DNA of 64,000 nucleotides from Azolla caroliniana. Taxonomy: Eukaryota > Plantae > Polypodiophyta. Location of the stretch: NCBI GenBank assembly GCA_043228905.1, contig JBHGNT010000001.1, positions 29,450,001 through 29,514,000 on the forward strand, in the 5' to 3' direction. Every line of letters begins with the position of its first letter. Position 1 is the stretch's first letter. Below are positions 31,001 to 43,000 of the stretch, piece after piece. Below the pieces are notes generated by a model. That model made no database searches. It had not been told where the DNA came from and saw only the letters and a list, made by a program, of their open reading frames with translations. The translations under genes were made by a program, and so were the position numbers.

Positions 31001-32249
31001 TGCTGCACTTGTGCCTCGGGCAGAACTAGATGGAGAGATGGGTGATGCACATATGGCAGTGCAAGCTCGTCTCATGAGCCAGGCTCTTAGAAAGCTCGCA
31101 CATTCTCTTTCCAAATCACAAACCATGCTTATTTTCATAAACCAGGTAGAGTGAAACATATGATGATATATGCTGTCTCATATTTTCTTTGATTTGTTCA
31201 TGAAATGGGTTTGTGGACTTTATGTAACTAGATTAGAGCCAAGTTGAGTCATGGTGGATTTGGTGGCCCTATTGAAGTGACTTCAGGTGGAAATGCTTTA
31301 AAATTTTATTCATCTGTGCGATTAAACATTCGGAGGACTGGGTTGATCAAGAAAGGAGATGAGGTGAAGTAGATGAGAGATGGTAGTTTTTTTTAAGCTT
31401 AAAAATTTGCTAATGATCTACTATTAGAAAAGCATCAAATATCTGCAATGTTCCAGCTGTCACTTCTAACAGACCTATGCCATTCCCATCACTCTTATTC
31501 CCTTGTATTATGATTAACTTATTCATCATTTGTCTCTTAGAGATGCAATTTCTATTGTTTTTTAAAAGCCTAGTTTGAAAAATCATATGCAAATCTTTCA
31601 ATCTATTTAATAATAAACATATTCTACTTGGTATATTTTTACTCTTCTATTCTATTTAATCTTTCTGTAGAAAGGTGATATCACATTCATACTTCTTATT
31701 CATTCATTCTTTGTAAAGGTCAAGATGTAGTTTGTTTGTTAAATATTTCTACCTATTCATTCATCTCTCTCCTACTCATTTTGAAAGTTAAATTCTTCTC
31801 TACATGTATATCTCATTATGCTTTGGATGTAACAAAACTATCTTGTTATCTGATTGCTTGTGCAGCTTGTCGGTAGCACAGTGACAGTCAAGGTTGCCAA
31901 AAATAAAGTTGCTCCACCTTTCAAGACCGCGGAGTTTGAGATTGAATTCGGGAAGGGTATTTCTAAAGAGGGGGAAATCATAGATTTTGGCCTCAAATAT
32001 GGTCTCGTGGGAAAGTCCGGTAATTGGTATTCAATCAACGGGGAGAATATATCCAATGGGAAGGAAAATTTTAAGAAACATCTCAAGGAACATACGGATT
32101 TGAGAGAGATGCTATTGACAAGCATAAGAGAAAGACTTAGTGGTTCATCAGAAGATGATGAAAGTGCACTCGACTTTGAAGTTGGTTCAGATCAAGAAGA
32201 TGGAGATATGGCTTTGCATGAAGAGGAAGCTGTAGGCAAAGCTTTATAG
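28058..32249 (+). CDS. recA: Organelle-targeted bacterial-type RecA (mitochondrial RECA2-like, acidic C-tail), 8 exons
   Basis: Exons approx 28058-28225 and 29109-29166 (R/S-rich presequence-like), 29281-29492 ([20 protein letters not shown]), 29755-29842 ([16 protein letters not shown], Walker A), 30704-30876 ([15 protein letters not shown]), 30999-31145 ([16 protein letters not shown]), 31232-31363 ([15 protein letters not shown]) and 31866-32249 (KNKVAPPFK plus D/E-rich tail). Confidence 0.96.
28540..28653. repeat. 57-bp tandem duplication in RecA intron 1
   Basis: TGACATTGCAATTAATCTTCTGTGTATAGAGGCCAAGAATTTTTTGCTTGAATGGTA at 28540-28596 and 28597-28653. Confidence 0.95.
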
Positions 32250-34159
32250 AAGATTGGTAACTCATCAACAGGATCAGTATCTAGTCAAAGCTGAGCATTT
32301 TGGTATCTATGTGAAATGCATTGAAATTCCGTTGTATAGAATCCGTGGTTCCTTTTGCAAGACAAAACTGGGGGAGGAATCGAACTCCCAATAAACGGCT
32401 TAGTGAGACAAGGCTTCGAACACAATCGGCCAACTTAACAAAATCCCTTGTCGGTTGCCCTTAAAATATCATTTCAGTGTAACCCAAAAATTGCCCTACT
32501 CTGCTTTACAAGACCCTTTTGGTATAGAGGAAGGGTACAGAGTGCAATCAATTTTGTCTTCATCGGATTTTTTGTATATATATATATGTATGTATCCTTG
32601 ACTGATGTGTGACTGCACTGCAGCACATGCAAGAGACTGATGTTGCTCCCAATGTTTACTACATTTAGAACTTGAAAGTTTTCAAACTTTAAAACAACGC
32701 ATGAAGATTTTGTTCTAGTCATTGCACCATTGAGTCATACATACAAATGGTGGCTTATTTCCCCCTAGAAAGCATGCTGTTACAGTTGAGACATGGTTTA
32801 TATGAATTGGTTTTAAAGAAGATGCTTATTTTCAGGTATCATGCCAATATTTTAGGACTTCTGCATTTCCTAATATGCTTGCATACATATACCCTTTTGG
32901 AGATTTTGATATTTACATCATATTTGCTGTTAGCAATCTAAACATTAAAATTGTGTTGTAAAATCTATGTTTACATACATGATTTGGTCCACGATGCTTT
33001 GTTTGTGAAACATGGTATGGGAGGTATATGCAGGGTCTCTCCTTGTGGTGTGTTTAATAGAGTGGAGATTCTTAAATGCTTAGGGGCTTAAGAACTTTAC
33101 ATAAGTTTGCCATTAACAATGATTTCCATAAAAAAATCATTTAACCAAATAGTGTTTCAAAAGAAATGAAGGTATTTTGTTATTTGTTTTTGTACATACA
33201 TATCCCTGATTGAGCATCCAAACACTCTCATGCAAGTTATTGTTCAAACTTCATCACAACCCAAGTTGAATGATGATTCCATCTAATTAAGACAAATGAT
33301 TAGCAAGAGCGTAACTTAAAAGTTGGCATTATCTAGATGATAAAAAATGCACGAGTTTAAGCTTATGAGCTTGTGTGGGGGAGTTTATATCCCACATAGT
33401 AGGAGAGCATGAACACATGCTCATGTCATTTGTTATAACATTTCTAGTTTGTTGACAATATGAACTTTAATAAACAATCGTTGATTTGTTCAAGGACTAA
33501 ATATTGGAGGAAAGAAATATGAGATGCCAAGTAATTGAGCAAGTGAAACTCTCTCATGCATATATGGGTTCAACCTATAACTTTGATTTTAACTTGTAGT
33601 TATTTAGACTCTTCCTACGAACAAGGGTCCAAGGTGTCCCTCTAGTTTTAATTTGTAGCAAATAATGTGCAATCAAGCATCAATTTAGAATCTTGAGATT
33701 GTGACAACATGAAGAGATGCAGGGAAACTTAGAAACCATATAAGGAACGACCGATGATGCTCACTATTCGAGACATTAATAAGGAATATCTAGTTTGTTT
33801 GAGAGATTTTTCGAAAGACCTAGTTACCATGAGCATTGCCACATTAAGTTTTTCATTGTTTCCAAAATGGCCGCTAATTAACGTGCCATAAGAGAAACGA
33901 GATCTGCTTGGTTCTTTTTCTTTTGTGTGTGAATGTTAGGGATGGGCATTTTAGCCAAGTGAAGAGAACTCAGGGTCATTATTGACCTCTGTTTTGGGCA
34001 TTAGTTTTGCCAATGTATAATATGTATACATACATACATACATATATATGTATGCTACATGTATATATATTAATATATATATATATATATATATATGTCC
34101 ATTTGAACAAGTACATGTGCGTCCGGACAGAAGTCCGTGTGAAACGAAACAAAGAAAAG

Positions 34160-34260
34160 AAACCCTAAAACCTGCAGGAGCTCTATATATCCACACATAT
34201 AAAACTGCTTCCATGGTAATAGCTGACACTTAACTCTAACCCTAACCCTAACCCTAACTT
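34160..34260 (+). promoter_or_regulatory. Putative promoter/leader of the snoRNA cluster: telo-box, TATA-like motifs, (TAACCC)n
   Basis: AAACCCTA at 34160-34167, TATATAT near 34184, TATAAAA near 34198, and TAACTCTAACCCTAACCCTAACCCTAAC at about 34231-34258. Telo-boxes are established in promoters of plant ribosome-biogenesis and snoRNA genes. Confidence 0.55.
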
Positions 34261-34299
34261 TCCGATACATCGACCGGGAGATTGCAGTAGACGAGAATA

Positions 34300-34386
34300 A
34301 TAGGAAGGATGAAACGCACTGGGCACTGAGGTCTCAATGATCGAAACGCGTTCTGTTCGGGCCTAGAAACCCCGTTTCTGACCGTT
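34300..34386 (+). ncRNA. Box C/D snoRNA, snR76/SNORD88/snoR118-like (LSU rRNA 2'-O-methylation guide)
   Basis: C-like box AGGATGA 34306-34312; guide GCACTGGGCA 34316-34325 directly before D' CTGA 34326-34329; C'-like ATGATC near 34337; D box CTGA 34378-34381; flanking GAGAA/TTCTC stem. The guide is complementary to the conserved LSU rRNA sequence UGCCCAGUGC, and the +5 rule points to the third C, the site I recall for yeast snR76 and human SNORD88. Confidence 0.85.
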
Positions 34387-34470
34387 CTCTTCTTCTTCCT
34401 CTGCCTCTCCTTCTTCCCACGTACTTTCTTGCCCATTATGTATCGGGATGTATGCATTTTCGGATTCCAT

Positions 34471-34574
34471 TTTGCTATGATGATTTAACTTGAGTACCAT
34501 CAAAGTCCGAGCGTATCCGCCAGTTTTTTCTCTGGTAGAGACGCTGTGATGGATCCTTCATCTGTCTGAGCAAA
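34471..34574 (+). ncRNA. Box C/D snoRNA, likely guide for a 5'-domain uridine of 18S rRNA (snoR116/SNORD4-like)
   Basis: Terminal stem TTTGC 34471-34475 / GCAAA 34570-34574; C box ATGATGA 34477-34483; guide GTACCATCAAAG 34494-34505 before D' CCGA 34507-34510; internal GCGT..ACGC stem; C' GTGATGG 34546-34552; D box CTGA 34566-34569. The guide is complementary to 18S CUUUGAUGGUAC as I recall it for seed-free plants. Confidence 0.8.
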
Positions 34575-34897
34575 CTGTAGATTTGTACCTGTTAGTGCAT
34601 TGGAAGACTCAAGCTCTCTTTGTTCTGTACTGGAATCTATAGGGTGTTCCTTGTGGATTTGTACACTATATTGGATGGGTTCTTGAGGATTTGAACAGTC
34701 CTCCACTCTCAGCCTTTCGTTGGGATTTTGACGTTGTGCTCCAATTGCAGGGACTGTTGATAGTGATGTTCTCGTGTGCTAGTACAAATTTAGGATTTTC
34801 TGTCGATTCAAACATGCACGTCTCTGTCAAATAGGTCATGAACTTTTGAGACTTAGCATCATTTACCTGTGTGCAGGCAATATGCAATATGTTTTTA

Positions 34898-35170
34898 TGG
34901 AACTCCGTCTATGTAGAGCCCCGAAATTCGCATAGTTGGGCATTCCACCGGCCTTCACCAATCTGCGTAACCTTAATTTATGACAAGATTACCTAAGGAA
35001 CGTGCCATGGTAGGGCAAATTACGGTATATCTACTTCATGGAGCTCCGTTTATGTAGAGCCGCGAAATTCGCACAGTTAGGCATTCGATCGGCCATCATC
35101 AATCTGCTAAACCTTAACGTATGACAATACTACTTAAGAAACGCACCCTGGTTGGGCATACGACAATTCC
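34898..35170. repeat. Diverged approx 141-bp tandem duplication downstream of the snoRNAs
   Basis: TGGA(A/G)CTCCGT(C/T)TATGTAGAGCC(C/G)CGAAATTCGCA(T/C)AGTT..AATCTGC..AACCTTAA..TATGACAA begins near 34898 and again near 35039. Confidence 0.85.
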
Positions 35171-37031
35171 ATTTGGAACTTATCTGGAGTTTGCTCGATA
35201 GGTTGATAAAAACTCTTACTTTTGACTGTAATCTATTTTTGTATCCCGTGCAGCTCTCTGTATGGGTTTCTGCTAGGGATATTGAAACTTTGCAGTTACT
35301 AGCTAATTCTTTATACATACTTAGTAAATTGATCTGAAGCCTGAAAACCTACCCTTGCATTGTAGAAATTTATGCACTCAAATTCTAAGCCATGTGATGT
35401 TCCTCTGGTTAATTGCTTGGAAATGATGGCCTCCGTGTATATGCGAATAATTCACGGCATCAATCAATAATGTACGAGTAGGAAGCGATTATGAATATAT
35501 AGGAAATGTTGCTAGAGATATGCAGAATTCATAGGTGACTCCTTCATCACTCCTAATCCAAACAGCGATATGGCCAGAAGATTGAAGCTCACATGTGAAC
35601 TTTAAGGAAATAAGAAACCATTCTTAGTGCCTCGAGACTGAATCAAGCTGCAGGCCGCAATCTCTCAACCCCTAATGACATTGATCTCCAAGATTCTTGC
35701 AGCTGTGAAGCAATTTCAGACGAAATCTTACTTAAATCTCAGTCCTGTTAGAATTATTGCAACTCCCGAACAATCTGGATTCTGAACTACTGTGCGTATG
35801 TTGGTTTCCCATGGTAGCAAATTGCAATGAGATGGATATGTAAAATCCTTGATTGAGACGCATTCACCCACGAAAATAATGTTGTGGAGCACATGAATGG
35901 TCTTACTTAATCTAGACAGCAAACATGTCCTGAAATGATTTTGTCTTGTTGAATTGAGCTAGTGAAGAGTGTGGTTAGCATCGAATTCCTGCCATCTCTT
36001 ACAAAACTGTAACATAGAAGAATAAGAATTAATTTGATAATGTAAAATGCTCATGAAATCGAAGATCATCGAGAGCGCACCTCATTTACAAACTGGTTCT
36101 CAACTACCAGACATCCCTCCTATGAGCTGCTGGTTCGCACCTACCAAACCCTATCCCACATGTACTTGATGTGCCCAAACAAATGTCAACATATTTGATG
36201 GTTGAGTTCTTTGTCGATTGAATAAATGAACAAATTGAAGAGGGAGCCATTGGCATTGTCAAGGGACACTAGTTGGTAAAGTTAGTCAAGTAACTGTAGT
36301 TCGGGACAAAGTACAATATTTTCATGGAGGTGTCACACTTGGTCGGGGAATGATACAATTGTTATCCTATTCATATGTTCATCCCATTCTGGCATCATTC
36401 TCATGTAAACTTCATCATACGATTGAAAATGATGTTGACTCTTATGATCGCACTTCAACCAATCCTCTCAGCTGGGGTTAAAATGTATATATAGCCTATA
36501 TCGGCACAAAGAAGAAGAGTGAATTGAAGAAGTAGATGTTTCCTGACTAAAAAACAAAGGTGCCACTAATGGTAGAGTTAGGATGGATAGGCTCTTTCAA
36601 GCTTGTTTCCATCCATCAAAGAACTCAATGATGATTGGTTTGAAAGTAGCATATGTGCCCTAGGGCACTTGTTTATCTTTTCACATTATTTTTCGATCGT
36701 CGAAATAAGCGTAGGGAAAGGGACGATATAATATTTGTTGAGGATTCCCAATAAAAGAACCCTTCAAAATTGGAGTAGTGTAGGTTTTTTCTAATCTCAC
36801 AAAATGCCCCTCTCAAAATCTAGATTCATACAATTGCAATCAAATGCCCCCAAATCTTTTAGAGTCTTTTTTATTCTTTTGTTTGTCTTGCAAAGGAAAA
36901 CAGTATGACTATGGCAAGCTTTGTAATTCTCCTGGAATTACAACAGACAACAGAATCAAAGAACATCTTCATTCGCTAAACCTCTCTCACTTCTCCCTCT
37001 GCGTATTTTCTATCATCTTTGCTTCGATTCC

Positions 37032-40000
37032 ATGGTATGTTACCAAGATGAAATCTTTTTATTTGATCTGTTTCTTTTTTTCTTGGTATGATTTAAATCA
37101 GAGACATAAACATGTTTTGTTAAAACCTAAATTAAACACATAAACTAGTTGTTTTCTGATTCGTGTTTTGATTCATCAATTTACCGTAATATGAACAGAA
37201 AGCATACATTGTTTTTTCTCCCCTCTCTGTGTCATGTGTTTGATCCATCAGTGAGCATACAATAGGAAGAGAAACATGCCTATTTTTCCAATTCATGGAA
37301 AACCGAGAAATTATACGTTTTCCTTGTTGCAAAAATGAAGTTAACATGTATTTGGTCTATCCAGTGAACATGGAATAAAGAAAATCATCAAATTTTGTTT
37401 TTTCATTTGTTTTGTCTCTTACAGTTTTCCATCGCTGCTATCAATGATGTGGAAACTCCACAAGAGGATTGGCAGAATTTGGCTCCAACAAAAGAAGCAC
37501 AGGTTCCCCTCTCTCTCTCTCTCTGCCCCACCCCCGTCCCCCTACTACATCAGAAACTCAGGTCAAATATATGAAGAGGTCGCATGGTTATGCAATAATT
37601 TTGAAAAATGCCACTCAGGTTTAATAAATACTCCAAAACCCCCAATTTGGGAAAGTTGAGAATTTTTGCGGCATTTTGTCAATAATCTTGGTAAGTAATT
37701 AGGCTTTTATCTCTAAATTGTTTTTAAATTACCAATTATGGAGGAAGTGTGCTGTTGATTATATCCTAACATGAGAAGAATTGGACAAATAAGAGAACCC
37801 TAAATAACAAGCAAGCACTATTAGCAAGGATTCTCTTAATTAAGTGTGAGAGAGATATAATGTTTGTATTATGCGGTCTACAAATGTAAGTGTCAAAACT
37901 TTGAATGGAATGTGTGAACTTATTGCATAGTTGAACTACATTTTAATCATTTACTCTAAGAAATGTGCTTAAATTTTCTTCTGAAAGCTGTTTCTATTGA
38001 TTCTGATGTTTTTGATGCTTAAAATGTTTGAATGGTCGTCATAATGTTTTTGTGATCATTGTGATGTTTTTAATGCACATCAGAAGGTTTTTTGATGGTT
38101 TTATTTGATAGCCATTGCAGATTTTTATTGGTCGTTGTAAGCTTTTAGTGGTCCCTGGAAAGTCTTCACGGTTGATGACCGTTGCAAGGTTTTAACGGTT
38201 ATTGTTGTTGTATATTCAGGAGTTTCAACTGACTCAAATGTACAATGAAAGCCTGGTCCATTTGCAAGCTGGGGAGTATAAGCAAGCGCAGTTGCTTTTG
38301 GAGGCTATCATTCAGGATCCTTTAAGCGCCAACGCTGAAGTAAGCTTACCTATATAGTTATCATTGGCCTTTTCATTTTCGTGTTTAAAGTTCATAGAGT
38401 TTTTTGTGGCTTTGGATAATGATGTGGACACTAGGTAGAAAGCTAGGTAGAGAGTATATCCAAGTTCTATATATGTTGTCAAGCTACAGTTTAAATAAAA
38501 GTAAGGCTTTGGGCTAGAGTAGCACATGGATGCATGGGATTATTGTATTGGATGGGAGGGTGGAAAATACACCACACTATGTAGCTCACCTATTTGTAGT
38601 GAACCCGCATGGGATAGTCCACTTTGGACTTGAATTGCATTTCATATTGTTTGGCACTCTAGCATGAGGTGCATGCTTGTTCAGGTAGTATCTATATACA
38701 TGAAAAATAATTTCTCTGCTTTTGGCATTATATGCACATGAGATATAATACATTTGTGGCTAGCAGACAAGAAATAATGCCACCGTGTTTTCATTTGTAA
38801 TGAGTTTGATGCTGGCAGCCTATATACATGAGAAATAATGTCTCTATGTTTTCTTTCTATATTCATGAAGTTTTGAATGAGTTGTGGGTACTACTTTTGT
38901 ACAATCATCATAACTATGTTGTTCAGCAAATGTGATGACTTTGTTATGGTTAATATACAACTCTGTTTTCTAAAAACAGAAGATGGTAGCTCCTGCAATT
39001 GTTACCTTGTATATATTGTCATCGTGTTTGTTTTATAATGTCATTGGGTTTTGATTAAGTGGATGCTACTACAACCAAGCATCCTATATATGCCAGAAAT
39101 AATATCGCTGTGCTTTCTTTGTTAGTTCTGAATAAGGTCTCTTTTATGTTTTACAGATGGAGAATGTGGCAAATTCAGACCCTATGCGTCAACTGAGGTT
39201 GGCTTATCATATCCGTTGGTAGAATGTATGAGTGTATTCTTATTTAGCAATCAAACAACAGTTCGGTTGCAGCTCAAACTGGTTTAAGAGTCTCAACCTC
39301 AAACCATTTAAAAATTTTCAAACTCAAATGAAACTGAACCAAACCTTGAAAGTATTCAAATCAAAACTGTTTAAACTGAACCGTTTTAGAGACCCTCAAA
39401 TGTAAACTATTTAAACCGAACCATTAAAGAGTTCCTCAGACCTAAACAATTTAAACTGTTTAGCAAATAATTTGCATAAAAGATAAAATTAAAATCCTCA
39501 ACACTAAGTGTATGAAAAAATTCATAAAGAAATATTGTAACATAAATACAAATGTAAACCATGAGTACTTCTAGATCATTAAGAACTATTTATTAAGCTT
39601 GTATTTTTTTTTTTTCATTTAACATGCTGTTTTCCAATTTAAGCCAAACCAAACCAAACCAAAACCTTAAACTAGTGAAGTCGTAAAGCATGTTTCATTG
39701 TTTGGTTTTGGCTCAGAAGAAACTGTTTCTGGTTGCTATTCTTATTGTCAATTGTGCTGTATTTGTTGCTTTGAATAATGTGTTCACAATGAAACACTTC
39801 CCATGAAAAAAATTAGCGTGAAATGCATCCAAGAGTTAGGATATGTTCTACTTTCTTGGGTAAAATAGCAAGTGCAAACATATTCTACCATAAGAGTCTC
39901 AAAATGAAATTTCAAATAGTAGAGACTCTATGTCTAGGTTTCCAGTGGCAGTAATGGAAACTGAGTATACATGAGGAGGTTGTTGAAATAAACAATGAAT

Positions 40001-43000
40001 ATGGTGATGCAATACCTGCATTTTCTTCTTGTATGTTTTGAAGATGGAGTTATCTTGGGAGCATGAAGGTGAGAACCAAACAGTGACCTGATAAAGACTA
40101 GGAGTAGTAAGAGGTAATAATGAAGAGATGGACAGGGATAGCTAACCCTAGGTCTGTATGCAGACCTTAACCATGGCTGGAAGCCATCTGATAGCTAATG
40201 GATCTGCACTAGCCTTTATTTATCCCTATTACTGTAGCTATACATATGCTCATAACATACCTCACCAGGCTTGCAGTTAAATAGAATGTTTGAACGTGCT
40301 AGAGATGGCAGTGCCTAAGATGATCTAGCCAAGATGGTGGAACCTTATGTTTGAAAGATGGAAGACAGTAAAAATAAAACTGAAGTGTTTATGTTGAGTT
40401 TGGTAAACCAAAAGCACATATGTTGAATGAAAAACCGGTGGCACAGGTGATAAATTGTAGATATTTCCTGCTGAATAGATGGTTGGTATCTTTTTCTTGT
40501 TCATTTTCAATATAAATATGCTGAGTAGTCTAAAGCTTCTTGTTCTGTAAATTTATGCTTAAATTATACACCATTTTGATTAGGTCATCCATTTCTTGGC
40601 CTCCAGGTTTTTGGTTTTCAGGAATTTAGCAGAAGCATTTTACAAACAAGGTCCTGATTTGCACAAAGATGCTTTGCAGTGCTTCCTTCACGCTGTATCC
40701 ATTGACGCAAAAGATGTTACAATTTGGAATAGGCTTGGTTCTTTAGCTTGTTTGCTTGGCTCGTATAATGTTGCACGCTGGGCCTTTGAACAAGGTCTTA
40801 ATTGCAGTCCACAGCATTGTAAGCATCACTTACAAAGTTCAATGCTTGTTTCACATTGAAGGTAGATGTATTTTCTAATCAGCGCTTTCTGCAGGGGCTT
40901 GCATGGAAAAACTTGTGGAGGTGTTAATTGCCATTGGGGATGAGGCTGCATGTTTATATGCTGTCAAGCGACTTCTTAAAATCTCACCATCACATCCAAG
41001 GGCTTTGTTAGTCAGGCGTGTAATTGAAGAAAATATTGACCCTGTTGAACTGATGGAAGGTGAAGAAAGTTCAAACAGATACTCAAGGATGCTACGTGGC
41101 ATTGATAAACTAAAACCGCTGCACCACAGTTTATCTTTCTCTAAGAAGCGAAAGCGTGAGGACTTAGAATTTGCAAAAGAATCTTCACATAAAAATGTCT
41201 TAAAGCTGAATCTTGATGAACCCTCTTTGGCTGAGCTTCTGAACACAATTTTGAAAGGTATTGAGAGGATTAATGCAAAAAGTGTTGTGACCTCTGCCAC
41301 ACAGGATCATGATGCAGTGCATGCTACTGGAAAATCTGCAATTACAAATGCAGCTGTTATATTCACACTTTGGGGGAAGAGCATCAATGAGGTTGAGTTG
41401 CAGACTCAACCTGCTGTGTTCAACGTTGTGGAAAGGCAACACTCTACTCCTAAAGATGACAATGACTCATCCTCTGTAAAAGCTCTGAAAGTTGAAGGCA
41501 TGTCTACATTAGATTCAAGTACTGATAGAATCACCACTACAAAGGAAAGAGATATTTCTACTGATGAGGAACCACAGTTGGAAAGACGAAGTACTAGGCT
41601 TGAAAGAATAAGAACGCGCAAATTTGATAAAAGTGAAGAGCTTGAAAACATACAACTAGAGGAGAGTAAAATCAAGGTCTCTTTTGAAGGGCTTATGAAA
41701 CTGCTTGAGCCTTACATAATCTGTAAGGAAAATCTAGATGATGCTATAGTAGAGTTGTTGCCGAATATGACAGAAGATGAGAAAACACGAGCTCTTGATT
41801 ACGTTGAGGGGAGAGAGGTCATTAGTTTCCTCCGGGAACATTTTGTAAATAGTGGTTTATATCATGTTGGTCAGAAGCTACTCGAGAAAATATCCTTAAA
41901 CAGCATCAAGCCATTTGAAAGTTGGACAAATCTTATACGTTTAGAGAAGTGTATCAGGAATGTGTCAAGAAAATCAAGCCCATTTTGTAACCTTTTTCTG
42001 GCAGAGGTATATATGGACATGATGTCTTCTACTACAGGGCAACATGAAATTGCAGGATTTCTAGAGGATTGTGATTATCATCTTTGCAACATAATAGGGT
42101 ATATTGCTGTTGAAATGTCATCTTATGATAATTCTGCAATAGGACTGAGCCCAGAAATTTTAGATAAGAATAAGAATTTGGTTAGGGAAATTCAGATCAA
42201 AGGTGCTGGTACAGAAAGCTGTTTGTGGTCTTTCTGGGTACGATTTTACTGGGCAAGTGGTCGCTTGCATTATCTTCAGGGAACCTGTGAGAAAGGCAGG
42301 GAGGATTTTCATAAGTGTCTTGAAATCCTGGAGTCGAGGGAGCATAGTGAAATAGGTGCAGACACTGTTATCCTTACACATTGTAGAACTGACAACAAAA
42401 TCTCTGCAGAAATAGTACGCCATAAGATTCACGAAGTCCAAATTCAAGATTTACTGTCACATCAAGCTGCAGAAATGTTGGAAGAGGGCCGTTATTCTGA
42501 GATGATTGAACTTCTGGCTCCAATTTTATTCATTGAACAGGCAAACACAGGGTCTACAATGACAGTGACAATCAAGAAACGCTCAACAGACTTTTCTACA
42601 GAGCTCAAAGCTTTAGAGATGCTTCTTATTGCATGTGAAAAATCTGAGCCAAGGAATTTCAATGTGGCCTTACAGTGTTTTATTCGGAGAATGCAGATAC
42701 ACTTTTCCACTGCAGGTATTGTGAATCTGAAGGGAGCTAAAAGTAGTTTATTGCAAAGTGTAAAAATGCTTCAATCAGAAGGAATGAAGGAGGATTCATT
42801 TAAGGTGATAGCGAAGGAGGTGAAGCATATCACTAGGAGTCTTTCAAATTTTGATCAACATTTCCCTGATAAAATCAGCATGGTAATTTGTCTCTTTATG
42901 TCAATATGAACAATAGAAGAAAAGAGAAGACCTAGCCTATTTAGTCCAGTACATATATCCTGGTGTGAAATGATACCAATATGGATCTGTACCAAATTCT

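Noticed and set aside
28058-32249. Recent horizontal transfer or bacterial contamination of recA
   Set aside because: Seven spliceosomal introns and an N-terminal targeting extension; endosymbiont-derived RecA genes are standard in plants.
33386-33480. USE-like ATCCCACATAG plus a weak TATA (snRNA promoter); similar motifs at about 4399 and 36153
   Set aside because: No recognisable snRNA, 7SL, U3 or MRP sequence follows any of them.
34160-34300. Telomerase RNA gene suggested by the CTAACCCTAAC repeats
   Set aside because: No USE element upstream, the repeat is multi-copy rather than an approx 1.5-unit template, it is the 6-mer type, and the downstream sequence is explained by C/D snoRNAs.
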